A stretch of 64,000 nt of DNA. Source: Balanoglossus misakiensis. Taxonomy: Eukaryota > Animalia > Hemichordata. The position numbers and the translations under genes are program-made. Of this stretch, positions 41,850-53,900 are shown in pieces (the stretch's first letter is position 1; each line of letters starts with the position of its first letter). Below the pieces are notes generated by a model, which was not told the DNA's origin, did not search any database, and saw only the letters and a program-made list of their open reading frames with translations. The stretch is taken from assembly GCA_040954595.2 (NCBI GenBank), contig CM082587.2:2881000-2944999 (forward strand), in the 5' to 3' direction.

Positions 41850-43976
41850 GGCTCTGAAAACTTCAAAGAAATATTGATGATATGACAAGATACGGCAGCA
41901 TGTTAACAGATCAGTACAGACTTTGAACAGATCAGTGCAGTAGTTGAACGGTGGAAATGCTTTCACTGTATTGTGCTTGTTATTTTCAAGACATAATTCT
42001 ATAGAGTGAAAGTTCTATTGTACTAATTATCCACACAGACGGACAGGATGAATACCACTTGTCTGAAGTTTACTACAAGATGGAAAAGAAAGCTTGGTCA
42101 TCTGGAACTTCTAAGAAAACTAAAGAAGAGACACGAGGGGGATTTCTACTTACTGAAGGTATACATGTATATCTGAGTGAATAAGACTTGCCAATTGTTG
42201 TGACATCTATCTTGATATGGTTTTGTGGGTTGACCTTGCTCTTTGAATCGGCAAGGTAGGTTCAAAGTTTGAATCCTGTAAAATGCAAGTTGATTATGAA
42301 CATATTAAGTCACTTTTATAATTAGTAATATTTCAGCCAAGCAAGGCACAAGTCACTTTATAATGCACACCATTTGACCATTTATAAGATTGACACATCA
42401 AACCAACCAATGATAATACTGAAAATTCTGTTCTTTATATCAAGACTGACAATTGAACTAATCATGTAAATGATTGACTATCATTATCCATATATTATAT
42501 AAATCCTATTTCACAAAAGTGTACATATCCAAGTTTTCGCACACAGTTCAAGAGATACATGTACACCACATCACCAAATTTTCTGATTATTTATAGGTTA
42601 GGCCAAAAAAATTAAGTTAGATTTGTTTCTGGTCAGCATGTGTTATGTCTACGGTATAATTTCCCCATGGAAATCTTAAGCTGGCCTGTACCTGTATTTC
42701 CTCCAGTGTTCTCCTATAGCACCACTTTTGCCAAATGACAAAGACCAGAATCAAATATTCTGTCTTACATCACATATCACAGAAGCAAATAAACTGCGCA
42801 TGATTTCTTTTTTGTATTTACAGCAAAGCAGATTAATATTGCCATGATATATGTTTGCACTTAAGTGTCATTTTCCACGAAGCCAAATGTTTTCTTGTGT
42901 CTCAACACAAGTATACGAACGTGGGTATTTCTGTGTCAAGCCAGCTAGCGTGAACTTTTTATAGTGAAAGGTTTCGTCCATGTTTACTTTAGGAACTCGT
43001 GTGCAAAACATGTCCTTGCTTGCTTATGCCATTGAAAGTACTAAGTATAAAATTATCAGGAATTTTTATGTTTACAACTCTAATTTTAAAAATGCCATTT
43101 CTGTTATTAGTAATTGCATACAAATTATATTTAAATGTTATTTATTTCTTGACAAGCTTACATGTTGCTCTGACTACATGAAATATATAACAATATATAC
43201 AGTCTTTTTGATGTAAGGAATATCTTGAAAAGATCACAGACCATGGGGTGCAGTACACACAGAGGCTGATACTCAAGGATTGGTAACAAGTTCCATGATT
43301 ACATCCTTGAGTAATCGTTAGTAGGTGCAATAAGAATAATGGACATTTTTATTTATGACAAGAAGTAATTACATGTAATATACACGCCTACATTATCAGT
43401 GTAATCATGACCAATTATATTTCTTCATAAAGAAAGAATATTTAAATAGAATGCATATGTTTATACTTTTGAATTAATTTATGTATGGATTATTTATTGT
43501 TAGCCATAATGTCTTTCATGATAATGTCTTTTGTAAAATACAGTTATAGCTCAATTAAGTGACAATGTATTTTATAGTGCATTGTATATTTTGACTTGTC
43601 TCTGAAAATATTTAAAACAAAATGATTTTTTGGTCTTTTTAATGTTTTCTATATTCGGAAGTTGTTCATATTTTACCAAGTGCAACATTTTAGACCCAGA
43701 TACCCTGGGCTGGACCCATTTAAATTTTTGCTGGATGTTTCGATTCTACATTCAGACATAGGCATTTGTTTTTAACCCTGCTATGATGGGCCAGAGATAA
43801 AATGGAATATCTTGACAGAAATCTGAATTACAAAAATAATTTGTAGGAAGGTTGGCTTAAAGTAGCCAAACGGAAAGATTTTAAAGGGAGAACAGTCTCT
43901 CAGTTTTGACATTGTTTTGGTTACAGTACATCTACCCCTTTCGTATAATCAGATGTTTTCTTCATTTTTTTCATGT

Positions 43977-44004
43977 CAATCAATCAATCAATCAATCAAT
44001 CAAT
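43977..44004 (+). repeat. (CAAT)7 microsatellite
   Basis: Perfect tetranucleotide array between the KCNT and TRIM 3' ends. Confidence 0.9.
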
Positions 44005-44505
44005 ATATTTGTGCCAAACAATATTCAGTGGCATCTTACTTTATTGTGGTAAATTATCACTGTGGCATCTTGTCTTGAATGGTCCGATTTTAAAATCAGT
44101 TTCATATTTGTCATGTAACATTTTTATCTGAGCTGTTAATGTTATTTTCAAAATCAATTTTTAAACAAGTGCACTGCCTATACCACCATAAATTATCGCA
44201 CATTGACTTTTTCAACTCATGATTGTTATAACTATTAAATGTCATTTGTATAGGTTTTTAATATTTTCAATATTTATGTTATGTAATGTCAAGGTCTCGT
44301 CACACATGGTGTGAAATGTAAAAATCTCAATTTATTTCTGTAATAAAATGTCACAGCGTTAAAAATACATTGATTGCATCAACAGCCCTGATATGCATAC
44401 TGGTACTTTCCAAACAGGTTATGAAGTTCATTCAAAAAGTACAAATCACAAGTACATCTTCATCATCTAGCATTGTATTTTATTTGCAGTAATGCTTTGT
44501 CATTT

Positions 44506-46866
44506 TCATTGCTCAGCCATTTGGAAGACATAGACTGAATGTCCAACTTTGTCAGTCACATAAAATGTCCACGGTCGATGAATATCCACAGCGATTCCGA
44601 AATAATTCTGCCAACTTTCACCAAACTCGAACATGAAGCGTTTGCCGGCATCAAACGCATACACCCCGCCGGAATCATAGCGTGTGATGTACACGTTGCC
44701 ATGGGGATCACAGTGCAAGCCACAGGGACTGATTCTTTGCTGTCCCTGACTGCCCATCTTGATGTAAGAACGATGAAGAAAACGCCCATCCCGATCGAAA
44801 ACCTGCAGGCACGACTTGCTACTGTCGCTGACCAGAACGTTGGTGGCGCTGTCCACTGTGACGAACCATGGCTCGGCCAATTGGCCGTCGGCGTCTTCGT
44901 CGCCTGAACCGAAACTCAGAAGATGCTTGCAGGTTTCGACACTGTAGACTCTCACTAATCGAGTCTTTGAGTCCACAACCAAAATTCTCCCCATGCTGTC
45001 TACAGCGACTCCTCTCGGCTTATGCAGCGAGCTGTCTTCGATTCTTTTGGTGACTTTCCCGTTGAGGATACAAATCGCAACACCGCCGTTTTCGTGGTCC
45101 GTCACCACTAGCCGATCCTCGTTCACAAAAGCCAAATCGAATGGAACGAATCTACCAGGGGTGAAGATATGTCGTTTGATTTTAAAAGACCGGATAAAAT
45201 GCCTCTGTCTGTCGAACAGTTTCACTTCGCAATTCTTGCTGTCCGCAACAGCCACGCAGCCTGCAGGAGACACTGCGATTCCCCGCGGTTCTTGGAATCC
45301 TATTGGCTCCGATGCATCTACTTCTCCAAGATCGGAATCTTCCCGAACTTTCTGCTTTGCGATGTTTCGCTCTTTTGCACCCGGGATATGAAAATCGCGG
45401 TCATTTTCTTTCACAGGCTCCTTCGCTAGTGCCGATGTTTCTTTGGGTCGACGTGTTTCTTTTTTCTCTCCCACATTTGTCTCCAGACTTCTCTTATCAT
45501 TGTCGTCAGGGCCAAGATTGGGACGGCGTTTCTCGTCGTCAACTATGTCCGGTGGCTGTTTTTCTGTTACTGCGAGTTTCTCTGTTAGTGTCACTGCAAG
45601 AGCGCTATCTTGGAGAGCGTTTTCCCTTACGGAAACCTTGTTATCATCTCTATCGACAGTGACTTTCCTCTCATCATCTTTCGGCGTTGTGGTAGATAAT
45701 TTGTCCTGTTGGTGATGATGACCATTCGTCGGGAAATCTAGCCTGTTTGTTGAAGTCAGTTCTTCCAACTTATCTTTCGCTTCACCTTGAATTTCTTCAG
45801 GGACACTCTCTAAACTTTTTGGAATGGGAACTCGCTGGTGTTCAATCGACCCCAACTGTTTCTCCGACACCGAGGCCAAAGCGTCTCCATTGGCAGCGAA
45901 ATACACGCGTAAGATGTCGTCTGCTACCACGGTGAATTTTGTTCGCGTCAACTTCTCAATCCGCTCGCTGCATTGTCGTGCCAGGAAGAATCGAGACGCA
46001 CTGTCGCCGGTTTGAAAAAGTCCTTCTCCAAGACTAGAGTATCCTTCTAAATCTTCAAGAATTCGGCTGCCTTCTTCTATTTTTGACGATATGAAAGAAA
46101 TGCTGCTTTCGAAAGTTTCATTGGAGCCGTCCACTAACTTCTGTCCTGCTTCCCACAATGCTTTCAAATACTCGTCGACGTGCTGCCTAATGTCGCTCAG
46201 AACTTGGTCTCTCGTCTCTTGTAAATCACTTTTCGTGTTCCTCAAGAACTCTAACTTGCCGTCTAGTTCGGCTGCTGTCGTCCGGGCTTCGTCGATAACT
46301 TGTCTGTCGGCTTTGACCATGGCATCCATGCCCGTAGCTAAATCGATGTATTCGTGGTTTTCATGGAAACCACTTTTCTCAGTACAGTCAACGCAAATTG
46401 GAATTTTGCACACATTACACATGAACTCAACTTCTCTGTCATGGTGGGAGGGGCAAGGAATTGAAGTTTTCATTTCTCGTTTGTACTCATCGATGGATTT
46501 TATTTCATGGAGCTTTGTCGTGATTCGCCCGTGTAATTTCTTACAGCGATCACACATGAACTGGTCACACTTTGCGCAGTAGTGTGATGCGGGGCTCTGG
46601 CATTCCTTGCAAAGGCGGAAAACGTTGGTGTTCAGTGCTTTCCCACCCTTTTTCACCAAGTGCTCGATGAAATGCGCGCTGGGTTGCCCTTTTGCGGGAC
46701 CTGAGATGCCGAACTTCTTCTTGCATATGACACAAAGCGGGTCAGCAGCGACGCAACCACGGCATGCCACGTGGAAACATGGAAGCACGACTGGTCGCTG
46801 AAACGGTCGCTGGCACACTGGACACTGCAACAGGTGGTCTATCGGCTCTGGTCTGGCAGCTGACAT
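44506..46866 (-). CDS. TRIM-NHL family protein (RING, two B-boxes, coiled coil, acidic linker, NHL beta-propeller), probable E3 ligase; single coding exon, 786 aa
   Basis: RING CPVC...LPCFHVACRGC...CVIC; B-box1 CKEC...YCAKCDQFMCDRCKKLH; B-box2 CPSH...FMCNVCKIPICVDC...HENH; NHL repeats FQEPRGIAV, LHKPRGVAVD, LAEPWFVTVD. The true start is probably caccATG at 46866. The track's 46908 start lies inside an upstream 3' splice site (tttgtcctcag, exon begins 46890), implying a 5'UTR intron with a candidate donor cag|gtacgt at 47920/47919. Confidence 0.93.
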   Translation of the reverse strand: MSAARPEPIDHLLQCPVCQRPFQRPVVLPCFHVACRGCVAADPLCVICKKKFGISGPAKGQPSAHFIEHLVKKGGKALNTNVFRLCKECQSPASHYCAKCDQFMCDRCKKLHGRITTKLHEIKSIDEYKREMKTSIPCPSHHDREVEFMCNVCKIPICVDCTEKSGFHENHEYIDLATGMDAMVKADRQVIDEARTTAAELDGKLEFLRNTKSDLQETRDQVLSDIRQHVDEYLKALWEAGQKLVDGSNETFESSISFISSKIEEGSRILEDLEGYSSLGEGLFQTGDSASRFFLARQCSERIEKLTRTKFTVVADDILRVYFAANGDALASVSEKQLGSIEHQRVPIPKSLESVPEEIQGEAKDKLEELTSTNRLDFPTNGHHHQQDKLSTTTPKDDERKVTVDRDDNKVSVRENALQDSALAVTLTEKLAVTEKQPPDIVDDEKRRPNLGPDDNDKRSLETNVGEKKETRRPKETSALAKEPVKENDRDFHIPGAKERNIAKQKVREDSDLGEVDASEPIGFQEPRGIAVSPAGCVAVADSKNCEVKLFDRQRHFIRSFKIKRHIFTPGRFVPFDLAFVNEDRLVVTDHENGGVAICILNGKVTKRIEDSSLHKPRGVAVDSMGRILVVDSKTRLVRVYSVETCKHLLSFGSGDEDADGQLAEPWFVTVDSATNVLVSDSSKSCLQVFDRDGRFLHRSYIKMGSQGQQRISPCGLHCDPHGNVYITRYDSGGVYAFDAGKRFMFEFGESWQNYFGIAVDIHRPWTFYVTDKVGHSVYVFQMAEQ

Positions 46867-48249
46867 GGTGATGGTGTTCAGCTCTGCAGTCTGAGGACAA
46901 ATACACATATATGTTAATTAAATCATCTGTTTACAACACACATCATGTTCATCGTGTGTCGTGTTATGCGATAGGAAAAAAGAATGTCCATTTCCCTTGG
47001 AAATCACATACACGCACACCAACTACTGTATTACGCAGTCACGTGACTAAGGAGTTCATATCAGGTGACATCGTTCGCTGCGCCTGGAAAATTGGTCGTC
47101 TGCCGAATTTTTCTCTCTCTCGAACCCCCAGAGAAAAGGACAAGCAGGAACTTCAGCGCCTTGTGGATAACAAAGATTCAAGAAACAACAAGTATGTAAT
47201 TCGCTATGCCACGACGATTTTTTGTTACTTCTTGTGGAAAACTTGGAGCCGACATGGACAAGAACGCATCCATGGAATTTCCAGGTAGGCCTAACAGAAT
47301 GGCACGTGGAGTGACTGTGAGCATGAGTTGTGTTATTACTTGTAATGCATATTGCCTGGCCTATTTTCAAGCTGTAGCAAGGCTCTGTTGGGTTAGGACT
47401 ATATATGGGTGTGTACAGAAATACTGGGCGAGTCAAAACATGAAGGTCGGGTCATGTGTAACCGAGGTTCAGAAAAAATTCCTATGGTGGCCGGGTCGTT
47501 GACCATGGAAGTATGAGCTAGCCAAGTGCTATTCATTCTTTCATTCATGAACGTACCGACAGCTTTATTACGTAAGAACATAGAGGTAAGCTTATATTCA
47601 ATAGAATTTAGTATATTGCGCGTATGACTCTATGAGATCCACGAATAGCAATACTAAAGCGTGCCTCCCCGACTCCCAAGAAAGCCAGACCTCCCCTTCC
47701 TACCCACACCTGCGTGTGTGAAACAGAAAATAAAGTGTGTCACGTCCCGACACCTTCAACGTCCAGCAATAACGCGTTAGTCTGTCAGAGGAATGCAAAA
47801 AACACACCCAGGATGGCATACATGTACGTGTACACACATGATCAAAGTCCAAAGTATAGTGTTAAAGTTTTACCTTGCTCATATAAAACCAAGTTAAAGC
47901 GATCCTGACATATACGTACCTGAAAAGATAACCCTGTAAGTAATATCACTGAGTGGTGTTTGACCAGGTCGTCTGTCTTCGATTATCACTGACAAGAGAC
48001 TGTTCAGCGTAACCTCATTCTGCGAGTAAACGTAACACGACAGCGTCAATGGGTTAATTGAAGTGTATCGAGAGGTCACTTCTTGTTTTCTTGACCTGTT
48101 TACAACTATTTTCACAAATTCCATTCAATTAAATTTACATTCTGAACGGTAGAGGGCGTAGTTGCCAAGAGGAGCATGTGTGGCTTAGCGTGCCGAACAT
48201 TTTGTAGGTCTATGAAAAACACCAATAGCAAGGTCCTGTTATAAGCATA

Positions 48250-48255
48250 TTTATT
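48250..48255 (-). terminator. Candidate polyadenylation signal of the TBC gene
   Basis: TTTATT on + (AATAAA on -) at the end of a ~1.4-kb AT-rich stretch downstream of the stop at 49638. Confidence 0.5.
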
Positions 48256-49637
48256 TAACTGCCATAAAATAATGCTTCCAAGTTGTACAAGTACTGTGGC
48301 TGTAAATGACTACAGCCCATTAAAATTAAATGCAGACATCAAAGCACTTTTTAAGCTCCCCTACGGGAGTACCACACACACACACTGATGACACAGTGAT
48401 CGAAGAATTTCTGCATGCAAGCTAAATGAACATTTTACCAATAAAACTGAGACATGATTATGTTGGAATGACTTTGTTAATTAACCAATAATGATATGTG
48501 AACCATGGCAAATATATGCACACTTACTCAAAGCACATGTGAGTGTGTGTATCATTCTTAGTACTGCACTCTGAAAAGTTTGGTGCCAAACGCTTTAGCA
48601 CTTAAGCACTTAAAATGAACAAAAGTACATTGCACAATTAAAACAGCTGCACCAGCAATACAATTCAGATAATTCACTCTTTCACATTTACACATATTTA
48701 GAACCTACGAGAACAGTCTAACAATCAATTTGTATCTTGGTAAACAATTACACAGACTGATCACAGCCAAGAATTGGAAGAAAAAAATTCAGTGAAGTTG
48801 TCTTTCAAGTAGTGTCTGATTCACTGCATTAAAATGAAATGTGCGCCATAAAATATCAACAAGGTATTCAATAACCACATTTTGAGCTTCGCTTGTAATA
48901 TTCACTTTGTAAATATTTGAATTCTAAACATGATTTGGTAACTGACTGTTCTAGAAACTTCTGAATGAGAAATCCTAAAATCAAGGTCACTGGTTAAAAA
49001 AAGTGTCAATGACTGGTCCAATAGGAGAATGGAGAAAAAAATAGTACAGTATGCTCGTTATATTTTGTTCCATACAGTAGTTTAGTACTAATATAAAATT
49101 CTGTCAATAAATGAATAAGTCTATAATTATATAAAATAAATAAGTAAACATCTATGATAAATACATATATTGTACTCATAATAAAAGAAGATAGAACTCA
49201 CTAAAATCAAATTGGAACAGTCGATCACTAATCTACTGGACCCCATCTTTAACAAATGTTGCTTAATAGTACCAAGTCATTGATGCTAGTACATCTTTAA
49301 AGACAATTACATGTAAATTCATGATATGCACTCATAAGAGCCACTACGATCTTTAAGGAAATTCATGTCTGCAATGTTGCACATGTATCACATAATTATA
49401 GCTTGGTATCTCAAGCAACCAAGTTCATTGTTACATTTACATGACTTGTACATCTGTAGAACCAAATAAATTTCACATCTAGAGGTCCACCACTGCAGAC
49501 TGAATGTTTGTTTGCAAGCAGGTAAATATCAGCTACCATGGATATCCTTCTTCAGAGGTGTACAATTCACTGTACATACACGCTTTGGTATCATCTTTGG
49601 TCCCGTGTGTCTGAGATCTTGCTCAGCTAGCACATCT

Positions 49638-50961
49638 TTACTGTTCAGTGGTTGAGGTCTCTGTGTCTGTTAGCTGGGTGGGTAATTCAGTAATCTGATT
49701 CTGACACCATTCCTCCTGTACATGAATGCAAATGTACAACATTGTTATATCAATAATAGACAAGTTAACCTCGGGTCTACAAACTTTACAATCAACTTTA
49801 CTACTTCTTTAGTTTTATCCATTGAAAAAACAAACCTTCTCTTTGTTGTAATTCCATTCAAGTATATCTCCAGCATCACCATAGCAACCAGCACAGCTGA
49901 TTATCCTAGGATCCTCATCTTTATTTCTGAAGGATGCAGAATAAGAAAGTCAGTATCACGCATAACTTGTGCTTAAATTGCGATTTCATTTCAAAAACCA
50001 ATCAGAACAGTGTTCCATTTACCTTGTGAGTACAAGACATCTGATTGGATTATCTGACTGTTTGTACTTAAACAGCAATTCCAAGGAGACTGGATCTGCC
50101 ACGGAATTCCAACTGCGGACACTCTTGGTGTCGTTGCCAACGGCAAAGTAATCAGACACCACATCTTCCAGTACCAGAGGTGAATCCATCGTCTGTTCCT
50201 CAGTTCCCTCTGCCTGGCAATCTTTCTCCTCATGCTTTCCCTCTTCATAGATGACATCGCTGTCATCCTGACTTTTCCACCGTCGGTAATTCGCGTTTGT
50301 TTTGTGAGGCACTTCCGGACGGAGCGGCGAGGCGCTGGGAGAGCCTTCCGTGAAGCTGACGCTCCTGGGAATCCGGGGAGGCACCGACTGATCCCCGTCC
50401 ACTGTTGGCGACGGCGGACACTTCAGATACGCCATGCTCTGACTCTTCGCTGGCAGCCTCCGTGTATTCTTCACAAAAACTTCGTCGGACAACGACAGCT
50501 CCGTGAAATGTGACGGCAGCGACCTTTGATCTCTGACCTGGTACACGCTGACTGAGCCGTCGCCGCTTCCTACCCAGAGTTCATTCTTCCAGTAGAGCAG
50601 TGAGGTAACCCTGGAGATGTTGAAATAGCTGTCTTCATTCTGAAACGAGTCGAGATTGATATTCAAGATGTATGCCGAAAAACATGGATGAGAGAATCAC
50701 ATGGAGAAAAGTGTCCAAAAGATCTGCTTACCGTATTGATGATTGTGGGAAGATTTACGGCTATGTCATACACCAGGAGACACACAAATGCCCGAGGATC
50801 CCAGAGTTGTAATAACGATGTACCACGGATGGCTATCCAGACTCCTGAGGGACTGTAAGCCACTCTTGAGATGTGATCGCATCTGTTACTGGACACTTCA
50901 AAACCACTAATTAAGTCTAGACATCTGATAAAACAGAAGAATTGTATCTTTCAGTGGTCTT

Positions 50962-50996
<35 letters not shown>

Positions 50997-53900
50997 ATTA
51001 CAATCCCTGACTGTTACTAAGAGCAAATGTCGGCCTTACCCGCTGTTATATACAAGCTGTGTGTTTCCACATGAGCACCACAACTGTTTCTGCTGTTCCA
51101 ACACCAGAAGACAGGATACAGGATATGAACTGATTTGCAGAAACAAGACGTTGTTCCTAGAGGGCGCTGTCATGACAGACTGCACATTCTGAAAACCAAC
51201 CATGAGAAGAATTTTTTTATTAATTATCCCTGGTGACAGATGACTTAGGCTAGTGTGGTGTTCTTTTCGACCTCTATACAAGGAACTGGGGTGAAAGGGT
51301 TATAGACACACTTACTTCAAAAACTGCCAGTGTACCATCAGCTAAGCCGACATAAATTGTTTTAGTGAAATAGTTGAAGGCAACACTGAGAACAGTGTCT
51401 CGCATTGGAACACACCATAATTCAGAACTGCAAATGAAAAAAATCATTGGTAAGAGAAAGTAACCAACCCTTGGAGAAGGTCAGAGGAGGTCACTGACAT
51501 GCTTTGTGTTTACTACAAACACTATACCTACAGAGGGTTAGATGAGTGATGGTGAACACACAGATGAATTCAACAATATCCCATGACTTGTTTTCCTCTG
51601 AAATATTAACTATCTGAAAACAAACAAGCCTTGAACTTACTTCTTATTGATACTCTGGGCCAGCTTGACTAACAGTGCTCAGCAAACTCAAACTAACAAT
51701 TTTCAAAATAAGTAATAATTTGTTTATAAAAGAAATTTGATCATGATCTCCCCCTCTAACTGTATGACTTCTGACATCAAATCATAAACAATTTATGCAA
51801 ATTGTGTGCCAACGCAGGTACACAACCAATTTTTGCAAATAGCTACACCGTTGATGAGTGCTCAAAAATGCACATTTCACTTCTCATTACAGTGTTACAA
51901 TTTAATGAGAAATTGACAAAACTCAGGATTTGGGACGCAGAGTTGACAAACAGACGTGCAAAACTTGATCGGATGTTATTAAGCAAACAAAGACAGGAAG
52001 CAACTGTGTCCATTTGATAACCTAGACAAGGCTAGGTCAGCCTGATGATAGCAGAATTCAAGGTTCAGTTCTGATTTGTATAAATACGTCCAGTCTCTGC
52101 CCTGCAAAGTCTATTTTGCTAGAGGTTGGGGTACGGGTGACTTCAATTGGTTAGCAGCATGCTACGGCCAGGATCTGCAGCCCTGCTTTTTGCAGTGGCG
52201 CTTGCCTTGATTGCACTGGGGGTTGAGTCCAGGGATCGCACTCCCTGCAAGTACCTGGAGGACTTTCCCGATGGGGAGGAACGCGCGGGGTCAGACGTGG
52301 TGCAGAGCTGGCTGGCGGACAGGTGCAGGGACGATGTCTTGGCGGACGTGGTGAACTCGCTGGTGGATATAGTGGAGGCTTCCCTGGAGGGGAAAACTCG
52401 ATGCCGCGGAGAGAAAGAGAAGCACGGACTTCACAGGCACCGGATCGGAAAACGGCAAGCGGATCCCAATGAAACGGACAACGGGGAACCAGAAATGGGT
52501 GTCGAGGTGACGGAGAAACCCACCGAGGCCAAGCCGGCGCTTGACCTTGAACTTGACGAGGTGAGCGTGACGCGGCAACTGCACCACCTGAGGCAGTCCC
52601 TGAAACAGCTCCAAGGGCTGCAGGAAACCATCGACCGGCGTCAGGGAGCGCAGATACGGATACTGGAGAACCTGATGGAAGACTCCATGCAGAGGAGCAA
52701 TGATGAGTGGAAGCAGAAGATGGAGGAGTTCGAGAAGGCCATCGAGATCTGGGAAGCCGAGAAGTACGTGGTGCAACAGGTACGGGAGCTGACTGCCGAG
52801 AAGGAGGAATTGAAAGACCAAGTCGGAAACATGGCCCAGGCGGTGGTGAGAATACAATCTTTCGTACTCAACTCCAAAAATAACTATGACGGCCTGAGAA
52901 AACAGGTGGCAGAGCTGGTGACGGCCAATCAGATGCTCCAGGACAAACTGAACGAAACGGCTGCAAGGCCTCAACCAATCACGGAGGTTGTACGTCAGCA
53001 TGAGGACCACGGACCACTGAATGAGCAGCTCGCGACGCTGCAGTCTCAAGTCCAGTCCACCATCGACATCACCAACTTGCTGCAGAGCAACTACAATGAG
53101 TTGATGGAGAGGATACAGCCCATACAGAGCCTGATACGGGAGCTGGATGTCACCACCAGCATGATGCGGGATGAAAACTTCCAGCAGTTCAACAACATCA
53201 ACGCTGCCATAAACGCTCTCCAAGGTAACCACGACGTCATAATCGGCGACGTCACACAGCTGAAGGAGCAGGTGCAAGGAGTGGTGGAGACGGCGGCCAT
53301 GGCCAAGTCTGACATCGACATCTACCACGAAAGATTCAGCGACCTGGAGACGTCGCTCTCTGAACACCAACAACAGATGGAGGAAACGACTGAGGATGTA
53401 CACAACGCACTGGGGAAAATCAACGACACCCTCGCCAACATCAAGGAGAGGGGCCTCTCCACGTTCAACGCCTTTCAGCAAAAACTGGAAACTCTTGAGA
53501 ACAACACCCGTGACATGGACCATGTTGTCACACACCTAAGGAGGCAGGAAATCGCCTTCGAGGAAACCAACGAAGTCTTGGGAGCATCTCTGACCTGTCT
53601 CACCCAATCATCAGACCTGGATGGTAAGTCATGACACAAACTGACATCATTTAGACATTTTACCAAGGCATGACCCTTGCATGACCTTACATACATGTAC
53701 TAGTATTTCTGTTTGATGAATGATCTGTAACAGTTGACAACTGAACTCTGAAGACGGAAAACACTTGGTAACATCCGTCCTTGGCCCTTATCACATTTCT
53801 CTATTTATAGGTGTCAATTGATGATTTTTCTGGGCATAGTATCCACAATGCATACATCAAATTTGAAAGAAAAACAAAAACATAATTCTTTCAGGTTAAA

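Noticed and set aside
43881-43900. ttaaaggg motif resembling a TTAA-targeting DNA transposon end (also near 62374)
   Set aside because: No matching inverted terminus found nearby.
44539-46801. Multiple plus-strand ORFs of 60-163 aa
   Set aside because: Antisense shadows of the TRIM-NHL CDS with no independent motifs.
52291-53535. 414-aa minus-strand ORF, on the same strand as the host TBC gene
   Set aside because: Antisense shadow of the GC-rich coiled-coil exon of the FReD gene (L/V/H-rich, no domain). Host exons 55337 and 51427 already join in phase without it.
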